62,050 nt of DNA from an uncultured Rhodopirellula sp. Its GTDB lineage: Bacteria; Planctomycetota; Planctomycetia; Pirellulales; Pirellulaceae. The DNA is taken from contig CAXGAI010000025.1 in the NCBI GenBank assembly GCA_964007735.1, positions 1 through 62,050 of the forward strand, given 5' to 3'. The notes beneath the pieces were generated by a model. That model was not told where the DNA came from. It saw only the letters and a list, made by a program, of their open reading frames with translations, and did no database searches. The position numbers and the translations under genes were made by a program. Shown piece by piece: positions 1 through 9,760 of this stretch (the first letter of the stretch is position 1; the number at the start of each line of letters is the position of its first letter).

Positions 1-965
1 ACTTCCCGGTTCTCCGTATCGGTAATAATCAGCGGCAGTTTGATGCGGTTCGTAGAGCCTTTCTTGAACGCGACAAACATAACCCGTTCAAATCCTTCCG
101 GTAGTTCTTCTTTGAGACGTGTATAGCGATCCGTCACATTTACCGCGTAAACGTATCGAGCATCCCAATCCCAAACCATCGGGAAGTGAATGGGGGTTCG
201 TTTATACGAAGTCGCATAAATCGCATGGATCGGGTTGTCTCGAACGGCTGTGGCAGCACGAGCTACAAACCAGCCTTTATTCAGATCCGCTCCGGTAGCC
301 TCACAGGCTCCAGTAAAATGCCAACCATCGTCATAAATCTCCACCCAACTGTGATTTCCGGAACGATTGGACCAGAGCGGTGTGCCCACAAAGCGTGCCG
401 GTACCCCCACTGCTCTACAGGCGTCGATTAAAACGACACTTAATCCTGAGCAGGATGCCAGACCCTGCTCAATGGATTCGCTTGGGCTTTGATCTGCTCG
501 CTTACGCTTGGTGGAGTATTTAACATTTAATTCTTTAAAGACGTTGTTATTAAGGATGGCAGCTGCTTCACCAGGCGTCTTGGCATCTTTGACTAAATCC
601 GCAAATCGCTTGAAGAAATCGGAACGCCAGTCTTCTCTGGTTTCGCTGATACTTGCGTACGGCAGAACGTCGTTTAGAAAGACGTCCTTGGGGATTTGCT
701 TATGCCATGGACTGGCCTCCCAAGCATGGTATGCGAGGTCAACATTCTTTAAGAGGAAATCGGCCTTTAGGGTGGTCAGGTCTCGGCTCGGCATGTAGCG
801 AATCAGGAATTCCATGCCATCGCGCTGTGGCTTGGGGACTTTCTTAAGAGCGGTTTCCAATTCAGCACGATTAGCTTTCGCGCGCTCGAGCGAAGACTCC
901 AGGAGATCGTCAGCCTGGACCGATGTGGAAAAATAAACCAAAGCCAGTATTAGTATGTATCGCAT
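1..965 (-). CDS. Secreted transglutaminase-like domain protein (partial; runs off the left edge, absent from the ORF track)
   Basis: Hand translation from ATG 965: MRYILILALVYFSTSVQADD... (signal peptide), open to position 1. It contains ASCSGLS (catalytic Cys), AVGVPARFVGTP, GNHSWVE (catalytic His) and GWHF, typical of bacterial transglutaminase-like cores. Confidence 0.85.
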   Translation of the reverse strand, partial: MRYILILALVYFSTSVQADDLLESSLERAKANRAELETALKKVPKPQRDGMEFLIRYMPSRDLTTLKADFLLKNVDLAYHAWEASPWHKQIPKDVFLNDVLPYASISETREDWRSDFFKRFADLVKDAKTPGEAAAILNNNVFKELNVKYSTKRKRADQSPSESIEQGLASCSGLSVVLIDACRAVGVPARFVGTPLWSNRSGNHSWVEIYDDGWHFTGACEATGADLNKGWFVARAATAVRDNPIHAIYATSYKRTPIHFPMVWDWDARYVYAVNVTDRYTRLKEELPEGFERVMFVAFKKGSTNRIKLPLIITDTENRE

Positions 966-1001
966 CGTTAAATATCCGGTGAATAAAGTTGTTGTTCCGT
1001 A

Positions 1002-1007
1002 ATTATA
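1002..1007 (-). promoter_or_regulatory. Candidate sigma70 -10 element (TATAAT) for the transglutaminase-like gene
   Basis: Perfect TATAAT on the minus strand 36 nt upstream of ATG 965; no convincing -35. Confidence 0.4.
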
Positions 1008-1030
1008 GGAGAAAGCGTCGGGCTCTCCTA
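1006..1030 (-). terminator. Possible hairpin/terminator downstream of the DUF1592 gene
   Basis: TAGGAGA-N11-TCTCCTA perfect 7-bp inverted repeat, 36 nt after the stop at 1067; U-tract is weak (UAAUU). Confidence 0.3.
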
Positions 1031-1066
1031 CCGGACAGTGAACTCGCTGGCCATGACGAGGTGAAA

Positions 1067-3703
1067 CTATTTTGTTCTAAAAGCACGGGAATTTACGATA
1101 CCAAGAAGCAGGTTTTGAAATCCGTTCCCAGCTTGGCGGTTTTCTTCAACCAGCAAATGTAGTTCTGTGATTTCAGCATAGGTTGGCTGGCGACCAGTCG
1201 CGTATTCGGTGAGTTTCCGGGCGAGACAGAGTGAGAACATGTCGATGTTACTCAGGACATAACGTTTAAGGTCATGGGTGTTTGTAAATCTGGTTCCGTC
1301 CTTGTACGTGCCGGTTGGATCGATTAAGGGCCCCTCAGCAACGAACGGTTTCCCTTCTTTGTCTTCGGTGAGTACGGAATAGTGCGTCCGGTAACGTCCA
1401 ACCGGATCGAAGTTTTCGAGTACAAAACCAATGGGATCGATACTGCGATGGCATGAGGCACATGCTGCGTCGGATCGATGGGCTGTAAGTACTTCCCGAA
1501 TGGTTTTTGCATTGCTTGTATCGGGAGTAATTGCCGGTACATCGTCAGGAGGGTCCGGGGGAGCGTCACCAAGAATGTTCTCTAATACCCAAATGCCACG
1601 CGTGACAGGGGAGGTGTCAACGCCATTAGCCGTGGCCATCATAACACTTGCTTGCCCGAGCACTCCACCATAAGGTGAATTATCCGGCAGTTGGATCTTT
1701 TTGAAGTTCCCTTTTACGCCGGTCATACCATAAAACCTATTTGCCAGTCGCTCGTTGGCAAAGGTGAAATCCGCAGAGATAAATGTTTCTACAGACAGGT
1801 TCTTGTCGAGGATGTGCTGGAAGAATCGTTCGGATTCTGTCACCATTGCTTTATGATCCGAATCGTTAAAGTCCTTGATAAGTCGTGCGTCCGGCATGAT
1901 GTCCGTCAGGTGCTCAATGCCTAACCATTGGCGAACAAATAGCGAGACGAATGAATCGGCGTTAACGCTGGTTAGCAGTCGCTTAGCCTGGGCGGTCAAT
2001 ATCCCGGGCTGTTTTAGTTTGGCTTCCTTCGCTAAGCGGCGCAATTCCGCGTCCGGGGGAGCATTCGTTAGGAAGAATGCCAAACGTGTCGCCAGATCAT
2101 AATGATCCAATACGCCTGGCTGATGTCCGCGGTACAGGAATTGGGGGGACATGAGGGATGTCCGAATCGCCAAATGTATACCCTTGAGTATACTACCGCT
2201 TTTTTCGATTTCGTTAGCGGTTAGGCTTTTGAAGTACAAGACGTCCTGCTCTGTTGCTGGGCGGCGGAACAGTTGGGATAAATACCGTCGAAAGAATTCT
2301 TCCAGATCGTCCTTTAAGCTGGGGTTGTTAATCGCATTCGGCTCTGCGAGCGCACCAAGAAAAGCTTTCGTTCGTTTCTGTTGTGTAATTTGTTCGGGAG
2401 TTTGAATGATTGTTAGAGGCCCCTCAATGGTTACTCCGTGCAACTCTAAAGCCGGACCTTCTTCATAGAACTGGAACACCATGGTTTCGCCGTAATTTCC
2501 GGGGTTGTTGGATAGCGTTTTTGCGAGTTTCGCCATCGCAACATCAGACGTATCGACGGTTGCAAGGTCTAATGTATCACTGTCCCGAATTGCCTTAACA
2601 CGCGACCAGCCCAGCCCTCCTCGCCCGCCATTAGTTTGAGGGGAATTCTTCCAGCCGGCATAAAGCCGGGCATCGGCTTTGAACATTCGGATGGTTAGTG
2701 CTTCTAACGCTTTTTTGTCTCCGGAAACTGGTCCGTTGGCGAAGTAGAAAACAGGTGTCTCTTGAGGATAGAGTTCGGCGATAAGTTCGAATGTCTGTGG
2801 GGATTCCTTGCTGACTTCGAATGATTTTAGCAATCGCTGGTTGAGAACTGGTTCACTATCTTTCCCGTTTAGACTACGAGCTCTGACTTCCAGGTTCATT
2901 GAACCAGGGAAAGAGCCGTACGCTTTGTTTTGAGATAGTAGCTGCGAAGCGTTTACTTGGATTCGATAAGTACCTGCCTGACGAGCTTCCCACTTTTCTG
3001 GCCAGGTGGTACTTCGGAATAGAACGTTCCAGTCGAAAGCCAATCGCATCGTGCCATCAATGACTGCGCCCGAAGAGTAGCTGATGACCAGATCTTTGGC
3101 CGTCAATTTGGTGACGGTTCTGACCGGTGGTTTCTCCAGCGGCGGGATGATTCGGTCAGCGATTTCAATGGCACTGTTGAAGTAGGCTTCCATCAGGGGC
3201 GCGGATACCACCAATCCCTCCGCAGAATTGTCAAACCCATGTTCCACACGATCTTCAGGAAAACTATTCGGCAATTGATAGTCGAAGTCAAAAAGAGAGC
3301 GGATCGATGAAATGTACTCACTACGACTAAGACGCCGCAACAAGGTACCTCCGAAGCCTGTTTTTTGAATTAAAGCGGTATGAAGTTGTTTGCCGGCGTT
3401 TTGGCGTTGATCGATCTTAGGCTGCTCGGCACCTTTGGGGGGCATTTTGCCACTAAGGATAACTTTTAACGCGCGCTGCAGGCGTTCGGAGTCCTGGAGA
3501 TCCAATCTGGATTGTGTTGCCAAAACATCAATGTCGTCTAAAGCAATTCCATTTGCAGCATCGGGGCCAGTATGGCAATCCAGACAATAGGCATGAAAGA
3601 ACGGTCGCGGAATCTTCACGGTGGGTGAATCGACAGCCACCAATGCAGAGTCCATGAATGAACAGATGGCGAACAGTAAAATGGTGAATGGAAAGTGACG
3701 CAT
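1067..3703 (-). CDS. DUF1592-family planctomycete cytochrome c protein (PSCyt1-PSD3-PSD5-PSD4/DUF1592-PSCyt3/DUF1588-PSD2)
   Basis: Signal peptide; CLDCH...MPP; LRRLSRSEY; GFDN; SPQFLY; LATRLAFFL..APPD; TSPVTRGIWVLENILG..PP.PP; CASCH..IDPIGF.LENFD. Confidence 0.9.
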   Translation of the reverse strand: MRHFPFTILLFAICSFMDSALVAVDSPTVKIPRPFFHAYCLDCHTGPDAANGIALDDIDVLATQSRLDLQDSERLQRALKVILSGKMPPKGAEQPKIDQRQNAGKQLHTALIQKTGFGGTLLRRLSRSEYISSIRSLFDFDYQLPNSFPEDRVEHGFDNSAEGLVVSAPLMEAYFNSAIEIADRIIPPLEKPPVRTVTKLTAKDLVISYSSGAVIDGTMRLAFDWNVLFRSTTWPEKWEARQAGTYRIQVNASQLLSQNKAYGSFPGSMNLEVRARSLNGKDSEPVLNQRLLKSFEVSKESPQTFELIAELYPQETPVFYFANGPVSGDKKALEALTIRMFKADARLYAGWKNSPQTNGGRGGLGWSRVKAIRDSDTLDLATVDTSDVAMAKLAKTLSNNPGNYGETMVFQFYEEGPALELHGVTIEGPLTIIQTPEQITQQKRTKAFLGALAEPNAINNPSLKDDLEEFFRRYLSQLFRRPATEQDVLYFKSLTANEIEKSGSILKGIHLAIRTSLMSPQFLYRGHQPGVLDHYDLATRLAFFLTNAPPDAELRRLAKEAKLKQPGILTAQAKRLLTSVNADSFVSLFVRQWLGIEHLTDIMPDARLIKDFNDSDHKAMVTESERFFQHILDKNLSVETFISADFTFANERLANRFYGMTGVKGNFKKIQLPDNSPYGGVLGQASVMMATANGVDTSPVTRGIWVLENILGDAPPDPPDDVPAITPDTSNAKTIREVLTAHRSDAACASCHRSIDPIGFVLENFDPVGRYRTHYSVLTEDKEGKPFVAEGPLIDPTGTYKDGTRFTNTHDLKRYVLSNIDMFSLCLARKLTEYATGRQPTYAEITELHLLVEENRQAGNGFQNLLLGIVNSRAFRTK

Positions 3704-3733
3704 GACGTGAATCGAACCTGTGGTTAGTCAGGC

Positions 3734-4987
3734 CTACAGCAAATGGTGATTTAAGTTGTTGCTGGCATTTGAAAACGTGGTTTCCTCGATACCTAGTTGT
3801 TGCAGCATGGTGATATAGAGGTCACCCAGTAAAGCCGAATCGTCTTTGGGGTCAAAGGCCAGATGCTGACCGTGGTTGAGCCCTCCACCCGCAACCAGCG
3901 TTGGTAGATTGCGATTTGAGTGGCGACTTGAATCCCCCATTCCGGTTCCCAGCAGCACTAGTGTGGAATCCAGTAACGGTCGGTTGTTCGCATCTGTCTT
4001 TTGCTGTAACTGTTCTAAGAACTTAGAGAAAGAGCGAATGTGTTCTAGCTCAACGCGGACCAGATCTCTGATTTTATCCTCATCGTTCCCGTGGTGGCTG
4101 AGTGCATGATAGCCGGCACGCAGAGTCCGTCCGTCCAATGTAAAGACCTGGCCTAAACCACCAATGTTCATCGTGATTACACGAGAGGAATCTGTTTGCA
4201 GAGCTAATGCGATGAGGTCATACATGACGTTTTCACATTCAAGCATCAGGGTCGGCGCAATGGGGTCATACTCAGGCAATTCGTAGTCCACTCTGGCCAC
4301 AGGAGATGCGAGATTCTCTCGTTGTCGGCTCACACGTTGTTCGACATCGCGGAGGGCACTGAAATACTCTTCAAGCTTCTGCTGGTCCTGTTTGCTGACA
4401 CGACGTTTTAGCCGCTGGGCCTGTTCTTTGACACTATCGAGAGCACTTTGCCCGGAGTCCAGCAGGTAGTCGAGACGCTGCCGGTCATCTGGTGATGAAA
4501 ACAACTTTTTATATAGCACGCTGGGACGTTCGATCATGGGTAAAGCAATCCCAGTCTTCGTAAAGTTCATGGGTCGACTGACTTTGCCGGCACTGATTTG
4601 TAGCGATTCAAACCGAGAGTCCCTGCAGATTTGAGGCGCGGCAATTTGGTCCAAAGTGATTTGACTATTTTTTTGTCCTGCCAGAAAGGTGCTCCAGTTT
4701 CCATGGCCATTGCCCGCTCGATGGTCGAGCCCTGAAAAAACGGTAAAGTCATTCCGGAGGTGATTAATGGGTTCGAGTAATTTACTCGCTTCGTAATCAA
4801 CGCCGCTTTTTACCGGAAAAAAAGACTCTTGGTGAAAGCCCAGATAGGTGCCAACACATATGAGACGCTGTGCGATGGGAAGTTTTACTTCCTTCGCTTT
4901 GGTTTGGATGGACTCCAGCATAGGCAACGCGAGCGAGACCCCTGCAGCCTGAAGGAAGTGACGGCGTGACTTACGATTATTTGGCAT
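3734..4987 (-). CDS. DUF1552 (HXXSHH) domain protein, Tat substrate
   Basis: SRRHFLQAAGVSLALPMLES Tat signal; GYHALSHHG motif; ALQTDSSRV; H...NLP.LVAGG. Adjacent to a DUF1592 gene. Alternative GTG start at 4990. Confidence 0.9.
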   Translation of the reverse strand: MPNNRKSRRHFLQAAGVSLALPMLESIQTKAKEVKLPIAQRLICVGTYLGFHQESFFPVKSGVDYEASKLLEPINHLRNDFTVFSGLDHRAGNGHGNWSTFLAGQKNSQITLDQIAAPQICRDSRFESLQISAGKVSRPMNFTKTGIALPMIERPSVLYKKLFSSPDDRQRLDYLLDSGQSALDSVKEQAQRLKRRVSKQDQQKLEEYFSALRDVEQRVSRQRENLASPVARVDYELPEYDPIAPTLMLECENVMYDLIALALQTDSSRVITMNIGGLGQVFTLDGRTLRAGYHALSHHGNDEDKIRDLVRVELEHIRSFSKFLEQLQQKTDANNRPLLDSTLVLLGTGMGDSSRHSNRNLPTLVAGGGLNHGQHLAFDPKDDSALLGDLYITMLQQLGIEETTFSNASNNLNHHLL

Positions 4988-5085
4988 CACAATTGTTATA
5001 GAGTTTAGTGCTGTTTTGGTGATAATATATGTATAAGAGTATTATCGGTAAAAACTGGGATTGCGTCTATCCGAAGAACGAGCAG

Positions 5086-6477
5086 ATGTTGAATATCACT
5101 TCTCAAACCAGATTGAATCGTCGGGGCCTTTTGCAGGTGGGAACGGCTGGAATTGCCGGCTTGTCGCTTTCAAGTTTGATGGCAACCAAAGCCATGGCCA
5201 GCCAGTCAGAATTCGTCAAAGACAGGAGCGTGGTCGTTCTGAATCTTCAGGGCGGGCCGACGCAGTTTGAAACTTTCGATCCGAAAATGGAAGCTCCGTC
5301 GGAAATCCGCTCCATTTTTGGACAAATACCCACGTCACTTCCGGGCGTGTTTTTTGGCGCTCAGTTTCCTCAGATTGCGCAGCATGCACACCGGATGACC
5401 GTGGTACGTTCTTATCGTCATGGTATTTCCAGTCATGGTCCGGCTGCCTATCACGTGATGGCTGGTGGTAATTCCACCGGTGCACAGATGGGATCGGTTT
5501 ACACGCGAGCCGGAGGACTGACGAATCCGTCAACCGGTATGCCCCGAAATATGGTCGTTACAGCAGAAGGTGTTGGTGAGGACTATAAGGGAGTCTATGC
5601 ATCGGTCGATCGCGTTTCACAAACAGGTACATTGCCCGTTAGTTATAAGCCCTTTAATCTTGGCGGTGGTGGGGAACTTGTTGATAACATGAAACTCTCT
5701 TTAGATCCGACTCGCCTTGACGATCGTCGTGGTTTACTGAGCGAACTTGATCGTCTTAAACGCCGGACGGATAAGGGAGGACTGCTGAAGAGTGCTGATA
5801 AGTTTCAGCAACAGGCCTTCGATGTATTGATCAAGGGGGTCTCACAAGCATTTGACCTACAGCAGGAAGATCCGGATCTGATTGCACGTTATGACACAGC
5901 CGCTTTTGCTTCTAAGCCGGATGTGATGGCTCGAAATGAATACGCCAAGCAATTTACTCCGATTGCATTGGGTAAACAAATGTTGATGGCTCGTCGGCTC
6001 TGCGAAGCCGGCTGTGGTTTTGTTACGGTCTGCTGTGGTGGCTGGGATATGCACGGTGGTGGAAAAGAATTCACTATGGTAGACGGGCTGAATACTCTGA
6101 CACCTGCGGTGGACCGCGCCGTATCGACGTTCATTGAAGATGTATATCAACGAGGTTTACAGGATAAAATCCTGCTCGTTATTACGGGGGAATTTGGGCG
6201 CACACCTCGGATTAATAAGAACGGAGGGCGCGATCATTGGGGTAACCTGTGCCCGATTGTGTTTGTAGGTGGTGGGCTTCCAATGGGTCAGGTGATTGGT
6301 CAGTCCGACAAACAGGGCGGAGAGCCTGCATCAGATCCGATTTCCAGTTCCAACGTGCTGGCAACCATTATGCATTATTTGTTTGATGTAGGTGAGCTGA
6401 GGGTGCAGACAGGTATTCCGAAGGAAGTTGAATCTTTGATTGTCGATGGCTCACCCATTTCTCAATTGATCGGGTAG
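5086..6477 (+). CDS. DUF1501 domain protein, Tat substrate
   Basis: LNRRGLLQ Tat signal; GGPTQFETFDPK, WDMH, GEFGRTP, GRDHW. ATG 5086 preferred over ORF-track 5029. Confidence 0.9.
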   Translation: MLNITSQTRLNRRGLLQVGTAGIAGLSLSSLMATKAMASQSEFVKDRSVVVLNLQGGPTQFETFDPKMEAPSEIRSIFGQIPTSLPGVFFGAQFPQIAQHAHRMTVVRSYRHGISSHGPAAYHVMAGGNSTGAQMGSVYTRAGGLTNPSTGMPRNMVVTAEGVGEDYKGVYASVDRVSQTGTLPVSYKPFNLGGGGELVDNMKLSLDPTRLDDRRGLLSELDRLKRRTDKGGLLKSADKFQQQAFDVLIKGVSQAFDLQQEDPDLIARYDTAAFASKPDVMARNEYAKQFTPIALGKQMLMARRLCEAGCGFVTVCCGGWDMHGGGKEFTMVDGLNTLTPAVDRAVSTFIEDVYQRGLQDKILLVITGEFGRTPRINKNGGRDHWGNLCPIVFVGGGLPMGQVIGQSDKQGGEPASDPISSSNVLATIMHYLFDVGELRVQTGIPKEVESLIVDGSPISQLIG

Positions 6478-6583
6478 GTGTTTCGGCTTTATTTTCTCCG
6501 GACTTTTAATTGGCTTGACCGCTGCTCGTGTTTTAGAATTGCTGTTAACTCAACGAATAAGCAATGAGAATCCGAGAGTGTCT

Positions 6584-7447
6584 ATGAAACCGACTTTTCC
6601 GCTGGCAATGCTACTTGTTTGGTTGTTAGGTAACGTTTGTGTTGCTAACCATGTCCTGATTGTGGTGGGGCCGGACAGTCACGGGCCAGGTTCCCATGAG
6701 CCTATCGCCGGAGCCCGGCTGCTTGCGCACAGCATTGAAAATCTCCAGGAACCGCCGGGGCATACGGCAGAAGTGGTTGATGAATGGCCTTCCAGAAAAC
6801 AGCAGGATAAAGCCGGAACCATCGTTTTTCTAGGTGATACCTTTCCTCCTAACCGTTTTGAGAGTGCGGCTCGTAATCTCGCTGATTTGCACAGGATGAT
6901 GAATCGGGGGTGTGGGATTGTATGTATTCATTACGCTACGGGACTCAAAAAAGAAGACGTTAGTGCGACGGGAGAGCATCCTTTACTGGGCTGGATGGGT
7001 GGCTATTTTGCGAATCCCGGTAGTATCCACCACGTGTCGTATGCTCGGGTGTTTGATAAAGCGAAAATTACGCCGGGTAAAACAAAGCATCCCATCCTGC
7101 GGGGTTGGAAGGAATTTGTGATACGTGATGAGCCATACGGTAACAACTACTTTGGCCCTCATAATAACAAGCCCGCGCCCAATGTTACGATCCTTGCCAC
7201 GTCTTTACAGCCACCCGAATCCCCTAAAAGAGAAGCCGTTGCCTGGTGTGTTCAACGCGCGGATAAGGGACGTGGATTTGGAATTGTAATGCCTCACTAT
7301 TATAAGAACTGGGCCCATGATGATCTGCGTACTTTTGTCCTTAACGGGATTTTGTGGACGGCCAACATTCCGATCCCACAAGAGGGAGTTAAAGGCCCGG
7401 CCCCGGATCTAAAATCCTTTGGACCTAAATCGGTAGAAGCTAAATAA
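6584..7447 (+). CDS. Secreted ThuA-like (trehalose-utilisation, class I GATase-like fold) domain protein
   Basis: Signal peptide from ATG 6584 (ORF opens at 6515); VLIVVG..SHGPGSHE, G.GIVCIHYA, HPILRG...F...DE.Y, GRGF...H, NGILW.A. Confidence 0.75.
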   Translation: MKPTFPLAMLLVWLLGNVCVANHVLIVVGPDSHGPGSHEPIAGARLLAHSIENLQEPPGHTAEVVDEWPSRKQQDKAGTIVFLGDTFPPNRFESAARNLADLHRMMNRGCGIVCIHYATGLKKEDVSATGEHPLLGWMGGYFANPGSIHHVSYARVFDKAKITPGKTKHPILRGWKEFVIRDEPYGNNYFGPHNNKPAPNVTILATSLQPPESPKREAVAWCVQRADKGRGFGIVMPHYYKNWAHDDLRTFVLNGILWTANIPIPQEGVKGPAPDLKSFGPKSVEAK

Positions 7448-7472
7448 AGAATATTCATAGGTTTGCAATACT

Positions 7473-8561
7473 ATGCCAAAGTTCGATTACGGTATGTTTA
7501 TCATGCCATTTCACCCACCCACCAAGCCGCTGGCGAAGTCCTACGAAGAAGATCTTGAGCTGATCCTCATTGCGGAGCGACTTGGGTTTAAGGAATTCTG
7601 GGTCGGAGAGCATCACACGATGAAATATGAAAATGTCGTGATGCCGGAGTTGCTGATTGCCCGGGCACTGGCTGAGACATCAAGCATTCGCTTTGGATGT
7701 GCTCCCGTGTGCCTGCAGCAACATCACCCAGCTCAAGTTGCGGGGCGTCTGGCACAGCTAGATCATATGTCCGGTGGTCGCCTCAATCTGTGTTTTGGTG
7801 CGGGCAGTGTGACTGCCGATTTGGAAATGTTCGGAGTTGATCCGCGGAATAACTCGAAGATGGTGGTCGAGTCTCTGGAGATGATTCTGCATTTATGGCA
7901 AAATGACCCCCCCTACCATTTGGACGGAGAGTTTTGGCAGATTCATTTGGAGAAGAACGTTGATGATGAAACCTTAATTGGCTTCGTGCCGCGTCCGTTA
8001 CAGGATCCGCTGCCCGAAATTCTCATGCCGGGGATGAGTAGGAATTCTTCCACGATGAAATATGCAGGGGCCAATGGGCATGTCCCCTTTTGCCATTGTC
8101 TGGTGACAGCCAATGTAATTGCCGATAACTTTAGAACCTATGAAGAAGCAGCCATTGCCGCAGGGCGTACACCTGATCGTAGTAAATACAGAGTGGCTAA
8201 ATCGATCTTCCTTGCAGATGATAAGGAAGAAGCTCAACGTCTGGCTCGATCGAACTCGTTAGGCAAGAATTTCGAATATATTGGCAGGCTCTTCGATAAA
8301 GGGCTTGGGCGCCAAATCTATAAGCGTGATCTGGAAATGAGTGACGAAGATTGTAATCTTGATTTCCTGATGACAGAACAGATCATCGCGGGAGACGTGG
8401 ATTACGCCTTAGAACGACTTGACGCCCTGATCGAAGAAACAGGCGAGTTTGGAACGCTCTGCCTGATGAGCTATGACTGGGATGACAAATCAGCCTGGCT
8501 GCGTAGCATGGAACTTTTTGCCAATGAACTAATGCCACGACTAAATGCAAAATATTCCTAG
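7473..8561 (+). CDS. LLM-class (luciferase-like) flavin-dependent oxidoreductase
   Basis: MFIMPFHPP, AERLGFKEFWVGEHH, HPAQVA.RLA.LDHMSGGR, SMELFANELMP. Confidence 0.88.
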   Translation: MPKFDYGMFIMPFHPPTKPLAKSYEEDLELILIAERLGFKEFWVGEHHTMKYENVVMPELLIARALAETSSIRFGCAPVCLQQHHPAQVAGRLAQLDHMSGGRLNLCFGAGSVTADLEMFGVDPRNNSKMVVESLEMILHLWQNDPPYHLDGEFWQIHLEKNVDDETLIGFVPRPLQDPLPEILMPGMSRNSSTMKYAGANGHVPFCHCLVTANVIADNFRTYEEAAIAAGRTPDRSKYRVAKSIFLADDKEEAQRLARSNSLGKNFEYIGRLFDKGLGRQIYKRDLEMSDEDCNLDFLMTEQIIAGDVDYALERLDALIEETGEFGTLCLMSYDWDDKSAWLRSMELFANELMPRLNAKYS

Positions 8562-8593
8562 CCGCTCAACAAGAACGCATTTTGCTATAGAGG

Positions 8594-9760
8594 CTATTTT
8601 GTAGCTGGTCTTAGCCACTCAGGGAATTCACCGTCGCCGGTCATTTCTCCGCCGAGAATCCAGGCAAGGTTAAGCGTTGCTAGAGTTGAACCACCCTTTG
8701 GGCCCCCTTCGAAATTAAGGTAAATGCTCCCTTCAGTAACCGTGCCGGGACGGCCTGCAGTCATTGCCGAATAGGCAAATGCACCGTCAAATACGCGACG
8801 TTTGACGGGCCATGTCTTCCCCCCATCGAAACTCGCCCATACCGTCCCGCGATTGCGACCATTGTCACTGTCGCAATTACTGTAAATAAGAATGTCGTGG
8901 CCCTTAACCGGTAGTCGGGTTAGACCACCCATACAACCGTAGTTAGTATTTTGAGGACCGTCAGGAAGGACTTTAACGAACTGAACGTTATCCCATGTCT
9001 TACCGCCGTCTTTACTAGTGGCACTCCACCGCCGAAGCGGGCTTTCTCCCTCGGGTGCCCAATGTCGTCGTGAATTGTAATAAAGCGTGCCGTCTGAAAG
9101 CTCGACAATACAAGCTTCTCCAAAACCAAATCCAGGGAATGGCTCGCTGACTTCCCATGTCTTTCCCCCGTCGTCACTATAGACAGCATTGGTGTAATGT
9201 TTAGGCCATAGGCTTCGATCGTTTTTGCCGGCATAGCAGCGGGACGGACGAATCAGTCGGCCGGCATACTTGCTATGACGGAGCGTGATTCCATTATCGT
9301 TCATGTGCAAGTCCGGGCCATTGCCAAGACTGTCTTTGCCAAAACGAGCCTCCAGAGGTTGGAACGCAGCACCATCGTCGTTACTAACGTAGACACTGAT
9401 CTTTGCTGGGGGATGATGCTCTTCCGTAAACACAATGACCTGTCCGGTTTTGTCATTGACAGTTAAGCCACCACTTTGAAAACCAGGCTTCTGAATTTCA
9501 ATGATATCACTCCATGTCTTACCACCATCCGTACTGCGACGGGATTTGAGAGAACTTGTCCCCCAGGTTGCCACAATGGTTCCTTGAGGCGTGACGACAA
9601 TGTTTGGAAACCGCTCACCCGCAAAAATCTGTTGTAATTCTAGTTTGGCATCACTCAAGTGAGAGTCGATTTTACCCTCCCATTCGTCTTGGGCGATCCC
9701 GGACGTTGTGGAAAGAATCAGTGCTATAGCGGTGGTAAAGACTGTAACGAGAAGTTTCAT
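8594..9760 (-). CDS. Secreted GH33-like exo-sialidase family (BNR/Asp-box) protein
   Basis: Signal peptide; RFP (RIP-like) motif; five Asp-boxes (STDGGKTW, SNDDGAAF, SDDGGKTW, SKDGGKTW, SFDGGKTW); GEAC Glu, YNSR Arg, FAYS Tyr. Confidence 0.85.
   Translation of the reverse strand: MKLLVTVFTTAIALILSTTSGIAQDEWEGKIDSHLSDAKLELQQIFAGERFPNIVVTPQGTIVATWGTSSLKSRRSTDGGKTWSDIIEIQKPGFQSGGLTVNDKTGQVIVFTEEHHPPAKISVYVSNDDGAAFQPLEARFGKDSLGNGPDLHMNDNGITLRHSKYAGRLIRPSRCYAGKNDRSLWPKHYTNAVYSDDGGKTWEVSEPFPGFGFGEACIVELSDGTLYYNSRRHWAPEGESPLRRWSATSKDGGKTWDNVQFVKVLPDGPQNTNYGCMGGLTRLPVKGHDILIYSNCDSDNGRNRGTVWASFDGGKTWPVKRRVFDGAFAYSAMTAGRPGTVTEGSIYLNFEGGPKGGSTLATLNLAWILGGEMTGDGEFPEWLRPATK

Noticed and set aside
186..847. 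Three short plus-strand ORFs (186-431, 508-798, 653-847)
   Set aside because: Antisense shadows of the minus-strand transglutaminase-like gene.
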